From: Bacteroidota bacterium
Lineage (GTDB): Bacteria; Bacteroidota; Bacteroidia; AKYH767-A; 2013-40CM-41-45
Length of the DNA: 64,000 nucleotides
NCBI GenBank assembly: GCA_003151745.1
Contig: PLYJ01000220.1
Coordinates: forward strand, 86,630-150,629
Direction: 5' to 3'
The notes below the pieces were generated by a model. It did no database searches. It was not told the origin of the DNA and saw only the letters and a list, made by a program, of their open reading frames with translations. The translations under genes were made by a program, and so were the position numbers. Positions 46,864 through 56,147 of the stretch are shown piece after piece (the first letter of the stretch is position 1; each line of letters begins with the position of its first letter).

Positions 46864-46909
46864 TGAGATCATCAATCAAAAAGTTCGAGATTTGGTTGGT
46901 GGACTCCAC
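46864..46909 (+). repeat. 46-nt exact direct repeat, copy B
   Basis: Identical to 18004-18049. Confidence 0.9.
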
Positions 46910-47125
46910 TACCTCTACACAATAACAATTGAAAGCATTTCTTTCACAAAGGTTTTTGTTTTTATTGGATACTGAAAATGTATCAGGACTTTAGATTGCT
47001 AAAAGCTTTTTAAATCGGATAACTCACATGATATAAAAAGATAATTTAAATCCTCAGGATATTTCATTTTTGTATTTGCTGAAAAAAGAATCAGAGGTTT
47101 GTTCTAAAAAAGGAAAAGCTTGAAT

Positions 47126-47971
47126 TTATATCCTTGCTTCTATAATCCTGACCAGGTTGGCACCGTTTTTTTCACACGATCTTATTTTGTCTGCCCACTC
47201 ACTTGGTTTGTGCAGCTTCGCAATTTTAAATCCACATTCAATAAGCGCTTTTTCAGCTTCTTCCCGATTTTGAAAATGCAGGTAAACGCCACCTCTCACA
47301 AAAATGGAAAGGATCTTAGAAAATATATTGGCAATCCTTCCTTTATTTTGTTTCTTCAGGTGAATGTCTGATAGGTAAAGTCCATTTGGAAATTGAGAAA
47401 GTGTTTGAGAAAATCTTTTCCATATTCCTCTTACATTATTTTCGTCAAAATAATTTACTAATCCTTCGGTAATAATTGCCACCCCGCTTTGATGAGATAA
47501 TTTTTTTGCCAGTTCTGCAAGCGAATCGGGACCATTATCCGCTAAGGCATCAATGGTTACTATTTGATGATGCACAGAATCGATGCTGCTTCCTATTAAT
47601 TGTTTTTTTTGTTTGGCCATACTTTCCAGATCTGCTTCGATGTATGTTATTTTGTCGCCATATTTTTTTGCAAATCGTAAACCCCTTGGAGAGAGGCCTG
47701 CAGCAATTTCAATTATTTGTGTTATGGTTCCTGACTCAATCGCTTCCTGCAAATGAAAGTCGATGAGTTGATGACGTGCCATTAAAAAATCTTCTAATAC
47801 CGGGCCTTTTCTTGCAGATGAATACTTCATTAGGGGCTGCAATAACTTGTATAAAACAGCGCCTTGTGTAGTACGAAGACGCGCGTCTGACAATCCGTTC
47901 TTAAACCAAATGTAACCGGTATAATGTGCGGTTGGACTTATTTTAGTGCTATTGCTTGCAGGTTTACTCAT
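47126..47971 (-). CDS. Class I SAM-dependent methyltransferase (LCMT/TcmP-like O-methyltransferase)
   Basis: Motif I-like IIEIAAGLSPRG, then ITYIEADL and ITEGLVNYF. 281 aa. Confidence 0.75.
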   Translation of the reverse strand: MSKPASNSTKISPTAHYTGYIWFKNGLSDARLRTTQGAVLYKLLQPLMKYSSARKGPVLEDFLMARHQLIDFHLQEAIESGTITQIIEIAAGLSPRGLRFAKKYGDKITYIEADLESMAKQKKQLIGSSIDSVHHQIVTIDALADNGPDSLAELAKKLSHQSGVAIITEGLVNYFDENNVRGIWKRFSQTLSQFPNGLYLSDIHLKKQNKGRIANIFSKILSIFVRGGVYLHFQNREEAEKALIECGFKIAKLHKPSEWADKIRSCEKNGANLVRIIEARI

Positions 47972-48224
47972 GTTAATATTTAGGTTTCAAATTAAAACAT
48001 TGAATACTTTTTATCAAGGGAATTCAAAGGTATGAAATTTCTATATTAGATTTTTTCGGAAAAATTATCTGATACCAAGTTTTACATGCTCCTGTATTTT
48101 TTATACTTTTTTCTAAAACTAATAACGATCATCTGAATGCCTGATGCAAATCATTTATTCATATAAATGAGCATCCTACTTTTGAATCAATAGACTAAAT
48201 CAAAAATAACTCGAAAAATAAATC

Positions 48225-48535
48225 CATTGGTAATTGGTTCCTTTGTTGGTTCTGTAACCGGACTATTAAGCAGTTTAGGGGTTTTTTTGATTCCGGGGTT
48301 CGGCTTTTTTGTATGGTGCAGAAGCTATTATTGGCATCATTGCAGGCTTTGATCTGGTTTGGTAAGAGGAGGTATCCTAACATTATTGGCCACTTTAGGT
48401 ATTAAAAAAGAATCTGTGATCCGATATGAAAAAAAATCTCAGAAGGAAATTTTTTAGTGGTCGTGCAGGGAAATCCGAAAGAGATAGAACAGGCTGAACA
48501 CATACCGCATACGGAAGTGGTACTGCTTAATTAAG
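48225..48535 (+). pseudogene. Multiply frameshifted relic of a small glycine-zipper membrane / general-stress-type protein
   Basis: The pieces lie in three frames: IGSFVGSVTGLLSSLGVFLIPGFGFF, GAEAIIGIIAGFDLVW, GGILTLLATLGIKKESVIRYEKKSQKEIF and LVVVQGNPKEIEQAEHI. Joined, they resemble …LGIP.e….Ye..l..g.flv.V.g…e.e.A..IL proteins. The family assignment is from memory only. Confidence 0.35.
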
Positions 48536-48664
48536 AGATCTCATAAATCGGATTGTACAATGTGTGAATTATGTAAATATTCTGCGAAATATGTAATAAT
48601 TTTCATTTAAAATGAGGTTACATTTGCTTTGGAATTTGGCTATGAAAATTATAGATAAGAACAA

Positions 48665-49519
48665 GTGGATAATATTAAAAATACAGTAACGCTTCTGAGG
48701 TTTCCGTTTTCAATATTTTTATTGCCTGTATCCCTATTTTCTTTTTTTTATATTCAACCTCCTATTAATTTTCAGTTATTTCTTGTGCTTGCAATTTGGC
48801 ATCTATTGGTATTCCCATCCAGTAATGGATACAACAGCTATAATGATATGGATGAAGGACCTATCGGCGGATTGGCCTCACCACCAAAACCGACCAAGCT
48901 ACTCCTGCATTTATCAAACTTCATGGATATAGCAGCGATATCGCTTTCGTTTTTGATCAACAATTATTTTGCTTTTTTTGTTGTCCTTTACATCATCACT
49001 TCGCGTTTATACAGCAATAGAAATATCCGGCTCAAAAAATTTCCGATCATTGGTTTTTTAGTTGTTTTTATTTTTCAGGGTGCATGGATATTTTGCGCTA
49101 ATATATTTGCTCTTTCTTCCATTCATTTATTTTCAAACCGGTCCGTTATTTTTTCTGCGATCGCATCTTCCTTTTTTATCGGAACCATCTATCCTCTGAC
49201 TCAAATTTACCAACATGAAGCCGATCGTAAAGATGGCGTACAAACTCTGAGTATGCTGCTGGGCATAAAAGGGACATTCATTTTTTCTACGCTTTTTTTT
49301 GCTATTGCCACCCTCTTTGTTTATTTATCATTTTCAAACACATTAAATAATTTTTGGCTCTTTAATATTGTGATGCTGCCATCTACTCTATATTTTATAT
49401 TCTGGACATTCAGATCATTTAAAAATGCCGAGCAGGTCAATTTTAAAAACACCATGGTGATGCTTGTACTTTCATCATTGCTGAACAATCTCTATTTTTT
49501 AATTTTACTTTTAAAATAA
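48665..49519 (+). CDS. UbiA-family aromatic prenyltransferase (membrane)
   Basis: About 8 hydrophobic helices. The first Asp-rich motif is NGYNSYNDMDEGPIGG and the second acidic motif is QIYQHEADRKDG. GTG start. Confidence 0.85.
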   Translation: MDNIKNTVTLLRFPFSIFLLPVSLFSFFYIQPPINFQLFLVLAIWHLLVFPSSNGYNSYNDMDEGPIGGLASPPKPTKLLLHLSNFMDIAAISLSFLINNYFAFFVVLYIITSRLYSNRNIRLKKFPIIGFLVVFIFQGAWIFCANIFALSSIHLFSNRSVIFSAIASSFFIGTIYPLTQIYQHEADRKDGVQTLSMLLGIKGTFIFSTLFFAIATLFVYLSFSNTLNNFWLFNIVMLPSTLYFIFWTFRSFKNAEQVNFKNTMVMLVLSSLLNNLYFLILLLK

Positions 49520-49524
49520 TTCCG

Positions 49525-50675
49525 ATGTCATTCATCCTCCACATATCAACAGCCGTTCCTGAATTCCGCATTGAAAAGGAAGACATGGCGCGTTTTTATT
49601 CCGAGGCATTTGCATCCGATGAAAAAAGCCGCTTCATAAAAAAGTTGAATTTCTTAAACAAAAAAACAAAGATAGATCCCGTTACAGTTGTATTCCAGAC
49701 TATAATGGAAATGCTTACGAATTATATACTGATGGGGATTTTAAGCAGCCGATTGAAAAAAGAATGCAGGTATACAGAAATAAAATTATACCTCTTGCTG
49801 TAAATGCTATCAATAAATTATTGATGGAAACATCTGTTAAACCTAGTGAAATTACACACCTCATCACCGTAAGTTGCACCGAATTATTTGCCCCGGGTTT
49901 AGAATTTTTGATCGCTGAACAATTCGGACTTCAGCATACAGAAAAGTCGGCGCTGAATTTTTTAGGCTGTTATGCAGCTATGAAAGCGCTTAAGCAGGCG
50001 CATTATATCGCGCAGTCGAACCCGAATGCCTGCATCATGATCGTTAGCGCAGAACTTTGTTCTTTGCATTTTTATCCTTCAGATGTGGATGAAGATATTA
50101 TTGCCAATTTATTATTTGGAGACGGAGCTGCAGCGGTAATTGTTTGCGGAGATAAAAACAAGCATGTTGAAAATAAAGTGGTTTTACAAATTGACGATAT
50201 CGGTAGCGATTTCATTCCAAATACTGCCGACTTGATGACATGGAAAATTACCTCTTCTGCTTTCAGGATGCATTTGAGTTCTGACGTTGTTTCAGCCATC
50301 AAAGAAAATATTCACGATGCTATAAGTAGTTTTATTGGAAATAATAAATCGGAAATAGACTATTGGGCGATCCATCCCGGAGGTGTTAAAATTGTAGAAG
50401 CTGTTCAGGAAAAAATGCTTCTAAGTGAAGAGAATGTCGCCGATTCAATGAACATTTTGCAACAATATGGAAATATGTCATCGCCAACTATCCTCTTCAT
50501 TTTAAATAGTATCTTCAACAAAATAAAAGAGACCGGACATTCTGAAAGTAAAAAAATATTTTCTTGCGCTTTCGGTCCGGGACTTAACATTGAGATGATT
50601 CGTTTTTCCTCGGTAGACAAAAATCCTGAGAATAAGTTTAACCATTCCTTTCAAGAATATGCTATTGAAATATAG
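49525..50675 (+). pseudogene. Type III polyketide synthase (chalcone/stilbene synthase superfamily) split by a single frameshift
   Basis: The track ORFs 49525..49803 and 49764..50675 are one gene. Frame 1 reads …FLNKKTKID. The protein continues in the other frame as RSRYSCIPDYNGNAYELYTDG…. The catalytic Cys (ITVSCTELFAPG), His (WAIHPGG) and Asn (GNMSSPT) are intact. Confidence 0.85.
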
Positions 50676-51354
50676 ATCAAACGAGAAGGAATATCTCGAC
50701 AATAGTAATATTGAAACCAAGGACCTATATCGAAATTTACTCGAATTAGATATCATCAATAAACGATTAGGAGGATATAACGCTTCCAGAAAAGGATTGA
50801 CTTCAATTTTAAATTCAACAAGATCGGTTCAAACAATTTTGGATATCGGGTTTGGCGGAGGTGATTCCATTAAACAGCTTGCAAAATTCTCTGATAAGAA
50901 TACTAAATTATTTTTCTACGGTGTTGATTTGAAGAATGACTGTGTAACATACGCACAAGGCAATTTGAAGGGCTTAAATAACAAACAACTTATTTGCGAT
51001 GACTACCGGAATATTTCAAAAGAACTTCTTGAGAAGATAGATGTGATTCATTGCAGTTTGTTTTTGCATCATCTTACGGATGAAGAAATAATTGATCTAT
51101 TCAAATTCGGAAAAGCCAATCAATGTATTATTCTTGCCAATGACCTACATCGCAATTGGTTTGCATATTACAGTATTAAATTTCTTACTTCTATCTTCTC
51201 AAGATCCTATTTGGTAAAGAACGATGCGCCACTTTCAGTAAGGAGAGGATTTAAAAGAAATGAACTGATATCATTACTTGAAAAAGCAGGATTCAAAAAT
51301 TATTCTGTAAAATGGAATTTTGCATTCAGGTATATTTTAATCGCAAAGGAATGA
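50659..51354 (+). CDS. SAM-dependent methyltransferase
   Basis: Motif I is ILDIGFGGGDS, followed by the post-I motif FFYGVDL. It overlaps the PKS stop and shares an ATGA junction with the next gene. Confidence 0.8.
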   Translation: MLLKYRSNEKEYLDNSNIETKDLYRNLLELDIINKRLGGYNASRKGLTSILNSTRSVQTILDIGFGGGDSIKQLAKFSDKNTKLFFYGVDLKNDCVTYAQGNLKGLNNKQLICDDYRNISKELLEKIDVIHCSLFLHHLTDEEIIDLFKFGKANQCIILANDLHRNWFAYYSIKFLTSIFSRSYLVKNDAPLSVRRGFKRNELISLLEKAGFKNYSVKWNFAFRYILIAKE

Positions 51355-52463
51355 AATACGATGTTGCAATAATTGGCGGTGGCATTGCCGGTCTTTCTTT
51401 ATCGATAGATCTGAAAAAGCGCGGTTATGATATTATTGTTATTGAAAAAGGCAATTACCCTCGGCATAAAGTGTGCGGCGAATATATATCCATGGAATCG
51501 CAAAATTATTTACAAAAAATTTGTCCGGCTTTAATAAATCTTAACCTTCCGGTGATAAACAATTTCAAATTGACGGCAGGTAACAATAAGGAATTTACTA
51601 CAAAGCTCGACTTGGGAGGCTTTGGAATCAGCCGTTACTTGTTGGAAGAAATGTTATTTAAAGAAGCTGAAAAACAGGGTGTGAAATTTATGCTTGATTG
51701 TAAAGCAAAGGATGTTAATAGTGATGATAATAATAGTTACGTTATTAAAACAAACTCCGGCAATATAATGGCATCACTTGTTTGCAATTCAACAGGAAGA
51801 AATTCAAATTTTAAAACTACTGAAAAGACATCAGCCAATAGCACCAATTATGTGGGAATTAAATATCATATAAAACTTTCAAGAGATCCTAAACTGATCG
51901 AGATCCATAATTTCCCTGGAGGCTATTGTGGCATTTCCAATATAGAAGAAGGGTTATCCTGCTTATGTTACATCGTTAATTCAAAAAATCTCAACGAGGT
52001 AAATAACTCTATTCCTGAATTGGAAAAGACCTTTTTATTTAAAAATAGTAACCTCGAAAAAATATTTACTACTGCTGAATTTATTTTTAAAGAACCTGTT
52101 ACTGTTAGCGGGATCAATTTTCTGATCAGAGAGCCCGTTACAGACAATTCATTTTTCTTGGGCGATGCTGCCGGAAGCATGGCACCCATTACAGGCAATG
52201 GTATGAGTATGGGACTTCGATCGGCATCTGTATTAGCAGATAACATAGATCAATACTTTTCTAAAAAAATTACGAAACAACAATTAGTATTTAATTACAG
52301 TGGTTTTTGGAACAAAGAATTCTCAACACGGATAAAATTAAGCCGCTATTTGCAAAAACTTTCCGAATATCCTTTTTTAACCAAAAGGACGATCGGATTA
52401 TTTAATTTATTTCCCACATTAGCGAATGGCATTATCAAGCAAACACATGGAAACCCGTTCTGA
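51351..52463 (+). CDS. FAD-dependent oxidoreductase/monooxygenase (geranylgeranyl-reductase-like fold)
   Basis: Has the dinucleotide-binding motif YDVAIIGGGIAGLSL and GDAAGSMAPITGNGM. ATG 51351 is preferred over 51312. Confidence 0.85.
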   Translation: MKYDVAIIGGGIAGLSLSIDLKKRGYDIIVIEKGNYPRHKVCGEYISMESQNYLQKICPALINLNLPVINNFKLTAGNNKEFTTKLDLGGFGISRYLLEEMLFKEAEKQGVKFMLDCKAKDVNSDDNNSYVIKTNSGNIMASLVCNSTGRNSNFKTTEKTSANSTNYVGIKYHIKLSRDPKLIEIHNFPGGYCGISNIEEGLSCLCYIVNSKNLNEVNNSIPELEKTFLFKNSNLEKIFTTAEFIFKEPVTVSGINFLIREPVTDNSFFLGDAAGSMAPITGNGMSMGLRSASVLADNIDQYFSKKITKQQLVFNYSGFWNKEFSTRIKLSRYLQKLSEYPFLTKRTIGLFNLFPTLANGIIKQTHGNPF

Positions 52464-52836
52464 GCGATCAAATTTTTTATTCTGGCAAAAATGGCTTTTC
52501 TATACCAGTTTACTTTTTGCCTTTTACGGAATTGTCTTTGCATTCTATGGAAACAATATATTATTCCTACCGTATGATAAAATGCTTACCAGTATTTTTT
52601 GGCATAGTTCTCAATTTCCATCTGAAGTAGAACCATTCCGTGCTTTTATTTATGGACCTTTGGGTGGAACTATTGCTTGCTGCTATATTTTACTAGCCTT
52701 TATTGCCCGGTATCCTTTCAAAGAAAAACAACGATGGGCCAGAAATGCAATTGTTTTGTCGTTCAGCATCTGGTTTATCATTGATTCTTCTGTGTGCCTG
52801 TATTTTGGAGTGTATCCGCAGATATTATATCATTAA
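52447..52836 (+). CDS. Small 3-4 TM membrane protein, last gene of the PKS cluster
   Basis: The hydrophobic segments read WLFYTSLLFAFYGIVFAFYG, GGTIACCYILLAFIA and AIVLSFSIWFIIDSSV. It overlaps the upstream gene. The function is unknown. Confidence 0.5.
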   Translation: METRSERSNFLFWQKWLFYTSLLFAFYGIVFAFYGNNILFLPYDKMLTSIFWHSSQFPSEVEPFRAFIYGPLGGTIACCYILLAFIARYPFKEKQRWARNAIVLSFSIWFIIDSSVCLYFGVYPQILYH

Positions 52837-53053
52837 CGCTTTTTCCATAACTGTAAAGGCTCTTCCAATAATTTTTACATGGAAGGACTTTTCAAAAGAG
52901 AAAAAAAATCACTAAATAAAATATTTGTAATACTTTTTTTTTAATAATCGAATTTTTAATTTAAATTTATACAACTAAGTTGTTAACTTTTTTCGAAACT
53001 CTATGGCTTGGCGGGCTAAAAAAAGTCGCTACCTTCGCTATAAGATTTTGCCT

Positions 53054-54616
53054 ATGAAGAAACTACTGCTATATCTATGTTGTGCCTTTTTGGTCGTTAA
53101 AATTCAAGCTCAGGTTGCAAATTCTGTACTTGCACCTCCTAATATTAAAATTTCCCAACCAAAGAATGACAGTGTCAAGGCAAATAGCGATGCCTCTATT
53201 GCTAAACCTACAACACAAGCAGCAACGATACCTGCTCCCGATCTTAAAAATTCTCCACCCAAAAAAGATAGCATCAATACCTTTAATGCTGTCCCGGTTG
53301 CTATAATTCAAACAGCTTTTGTTAATATACCTGATGTTAATTTTAGAAATTATCTTCTAAAAAATGACAGCATCAATACTAATCATGACTCTTTAATTAC
53401 TTTCATCGAAGCCAGATCGGTTAAACATTTGAGCATAGATTCTCTTGCAATAGCTGATCTCACAGGAATTGAAGCTTTCAGCTCCCTGACTTATTTAAAT
53501 TGTGAAAGCAATAAACTCAGCACTTTAAATGTAAGTGCTAACAGTAAGCTGAATTGGCTGATATGCTCACACAACGTGCTTTCAACGTTAGACGTGAGCA
53601 AAAATATGGACCTTACTGATCTGAATTGCGATTTTAACGCACTACCCATTTTAGATGTAAGTAATGATACCGCTTTAACTTCTTTACATTGCTCCCATAA
53701 CATGCTTACTGCTTTAAACACAAGCGCCAACACTAAACTAGCAGATCTGGATTGTGACGGCAACCAACTCAAAGAATTAAATTTAAAAACGAATACCGCG
53801 CTCAAAAAATTAATATGCTCTCATAACTCGCTTGCTGCCTTAAATGTAAGCAACAATGAAGCATTGGTCGAATTAGATTGCTCCAGGAATCAAATCGCCA
53901 AGCTAAATGTTAGCGCCAGTACCATGTTAACTGTATTATACTGCAATAATAACCTCATAAATATATTGGCGGTGAATATGAATGCAGCACTGACAGACCT
54001 ATGGTGTCATAACAATCAACTTACAACATTAAATTTGCGGGGAACAATAGGGCTAATGCGATTGTCCTGCTCTGATAATAAAATATCACTGTTAAATTTA
54101 AATACGAATAAAGCATTGACTTCACTATATTGCAACAATAATCAACTCACTGCTTTAACTGTAATCAGTAATGTAGATTTAAAAGATTTAGGTTGCTCCA
54201 GAAACCAATTCACATCATTAGATGTCAGTACAAATACTGCTTTAAATGAATTATGGTGCGATAATGCACAACTCAAATCATTGGATCTGAGCAACCATAA
54301 AATGTTAACCGGATTATGGTGTTACAATAACCAACTCTCATCGCTCAATATAAGCAATGATAGCGCTTTAATTAGCTTAAGCTGTCTTAATAACCAACTC
54401 TCATTTTTAGACCTTAGAACAAATGCAGCATTGATTTATTTATGGTGCTACAACAACCCTAATTTAAAAATGGTTTGTTTAAATTCCATTCAAATGAAAT
54501 TAACAAATAATGTGAAAAGTGTTTTGGAAAAAGACGCTTCTTGTTCTTGGAGTACCACCGAATGCAGCCCTATTCAGGCTGAAGCCGATAAATCGTCAAA
54601 TAAATCTAAAAAATAA
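53054..54616 (+). CDS. Secreted leucine-rich repeat (LRR) protein
   Basis: The signal peptide is MKKLLLYLCCAFLVVKIQAQ. An Ala/Pro/Lys-rich linker follows, then about 17 units of a 23-aa repeat L(T/N)xLxCxxNxLxxL(N/D)(V/L)SxNxx. Confidence 0.8.
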   Translation: MKKLLLYLCCAFLVVKIQAQVANSVLAPPNIKISQPKNDSVKANSDASIAKPTTQAATIPAPDLKNSPPKKDSINTFNAVPVAIIQTAFVNIPDVNFRNYLLKNDSINTNHDSLITFIEARSVKHLSIDSLAIADLTGIEAFSSLTYLNCESNKLSTLNVSANSKLNWLICSHNVLSTLDVSKNMDLTDLNCDFNALPILDVSNDTALTSLHCSHNMLTALNTSANTKLADLDCDGNQLKELNLKTNTALKKLICSHNSLAALNVSNNEALVELDCSRNQIAKLNVSASTMLTVLYCNNNLINILAVNMNAALTDLWCHNNQLTTLNLRGTIGLMRLSCSDNKISLLNLNTNKALTSLYCNNNQLTALTVISNVDLKDLGCSRNQFTSLDVSTNTALNELWCDNAQLKSLDLSNHKMLTGLWCYNNQLSSLNISNDSALISLSCLNNQLSFLDLRTNAALIYLWCYNNPNLKMVCLNSIQMKLTNNVKSVLEKDASCSWSTTECSPIQAEADKSSNKSKK

Positions 54617-54744
54617 ATAAGCCTGCAGCAGAGTTGCAGAGTTATTTATTTTCTCACAAATGTCAGTTTGTGAAAGATGGAAATGTTTTATTTTTACCTG
54701 AAAAATTATCATATAAAATTATATTTTAAAAAATTAATATTCGC

Positions 54745-55653
54745 ATGAAAAAATTTACTTTATTTCTAAGTATCGCTTTAACTACTTTAAACATACAAGC
54801 GCAAAATGTAACCATACCTGATGCTAATTTTAAAAAACACCTTGTTGGCAATAGCAGCATCAATACAAATAGTGATACTGAAATACAAGTAAGCGAAGCT
54901 TTAGTAGTAACCAGAATATCTGTACGCGGAGATACCATCTCTAACTTAACCGGCATCGAGGCTTTTACGAATTTAACCTTATTAGAATGTGACACCAATA
55001 ATATTACAATTCTGGATTTACATGCTAACATTCATTTAGATTCTTTATCATGCGCGCAGATTTTAATTACAAGTCTGGATGTTAGTATGCTTACTTCATT
55101 GGTTTATTTATATTGCCCATATAATACTTCTCTTAACAGTTGCACTGCAGGTTCCAATACTTCCTTAAAATGGATTGATATCGGGGATACAAAAATCACT
55201 TCCCTTGATTTAAGTGGGTACTCCACATTAGTCCATTTGGATATTGTATATTGTACATTACTTGCATCAATAAATTTAAGTAAAAATACAAACCTTACTA
55301 CTTTGCTTGCTCTGCAAACCAGCAACCTTATTAATTTAGATGTCAGCTTGGACACCGCTTTAACTTCTTTGAATGTTACAAATATTTTTGGAACCTCGGC
55401 AGCCAAAACAATATGCGTAAATGCCAAGCAATTGGCTTCACATGCCGGCTGGTCAAAAAAATCAAACGATATTTATAGCACTACTAATTGCCTGGTTGGT
55501 ATTGATGAATTATCCTTTCCTGCAATCCCCAAAAAACTACTGCATATTTATAATTCAGTTGGACAGGAAATAACCATAGATGAAGTTTCTGAAGGTGTAT
55601 ATATTTATCAATATAATGACGGAAGCGTTAAGAAAATAGCTAAGCTTTTTTGA
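54745..55653 (+). CDS. Secreted LRR protein with a short T9SS type A-like tail
   Basis: The signal peptide is MKKFTLFLSIALTTLNIQAQ. It shares the IPDANFKKHLV… opening with the previous gene. LRR units are present. The C-terminus reads LLHIYNSVGQEITIDEVSEGVYIYQY. Confidence 0.7.
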   Translation: MKKFTLFLSIALTTLNIQAQNVTIPDANFKKHLVGNSSINTNSDTEIQVSEALVVTRISVRGDTISNLTGIEAFTNLTLLECDTNNITILDLHANIHLDSLSCAQILITSLDVSMLTSLVYLYCPYNTSLNSCTAGSNTSLKWIDIGDTKITSLDLSGYSTLVHLDIVYCTLLASINLSKNTNLTTLLALQTSNLINLDVSLDTALTSLNVTNIFGTSAAKTICVNAKQLASHAGWSKKSNDIYSTTNCLVGIDELSFPAIPKKLLHIYNSVGQEITIDEVSEGVYIYQYNDGSVKKIAKLF

Positions 55654-55701
55654 TAAATAAGTTTCTGAATAGGTCAGTTCTATTATTACATCAAGCCAAA
55701 A

Positions 55702-56040
55702 TCATAACTCCAATTCCTTCATCGGGTCCCAATAAAATTTATCAAAATTTTTGATCGTATCCTTTGTAACTTTTATTCCTTCTTTCTCCAGTAATTCCTT
55801 CATTAAAAAAGGTGTTGAAAAATGATGTTTACCGGTGAGCTCACCATTGCGATTTACTACGCGATGCGCAGGAACATATTTTTTTTGTGAGTGCGCTGCA
55901 TTCATTGCCCATCCTACCATGCGCGATGAACGGGCAGCTCCCAGGTACTTTGCAATTGCACCATAACTTGTAACGCGTCCTTTCGGAATAAGTCGGACTA
56001 CTTGATATACATTTTGAAAAAAATCTTCGTGTTTTTTCAT
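55702..56040 (-). CDS. MGMT-family DNA-binding protein lacking the acceptor Cys (alkyltransferase-like, ATL)
   Basis: The sequence VYQVVRLIPKGRVTSYGAIA…VPAHRVVNRNG has PAHRV where O6-alkylguanine transferases have PCHRV. Confidence 0.8.
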   Translation of the reverse strand: MKKHEDFFQNVYQVVRLIPKGRVTSYGAIAKYLGAARSSRMVGWAMNAAHSQKKYVPAHRVVNRNGELTGKHHFSTPFLMKELLEKEGIKVTKDTIKNFDKFYWDPMKELEL

Positions 56041-56147
56041 CTGAAAATATAGCTGACACTAATTTCACGAATTGAACACGAAAAAAAATCAGTGTAATTC
56101 GTGTCTAAAACTTTTTAACTCCTTTTGTGTTTTCTAAATTAAAATTA

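Noticed and set aside
18004-46909. I considered whether the 28.9-kb interval is a prophage or an integrative conjugative element.
   Set aside because: The interval has no integrase, recombinase, transfer, capsid or replication genes. Its content is signalling and surface proteins. I kept only the weaker statement that direct repeats lie at gene breakpoints.
48195-48383. The track lists a 62-aa minus-strand ORF.
   Set aside because: The plus strand here carries recognisable, frameshifted pieces of a glycine-zipper membrane protein. The minus-strand ORF is most likely incidental.
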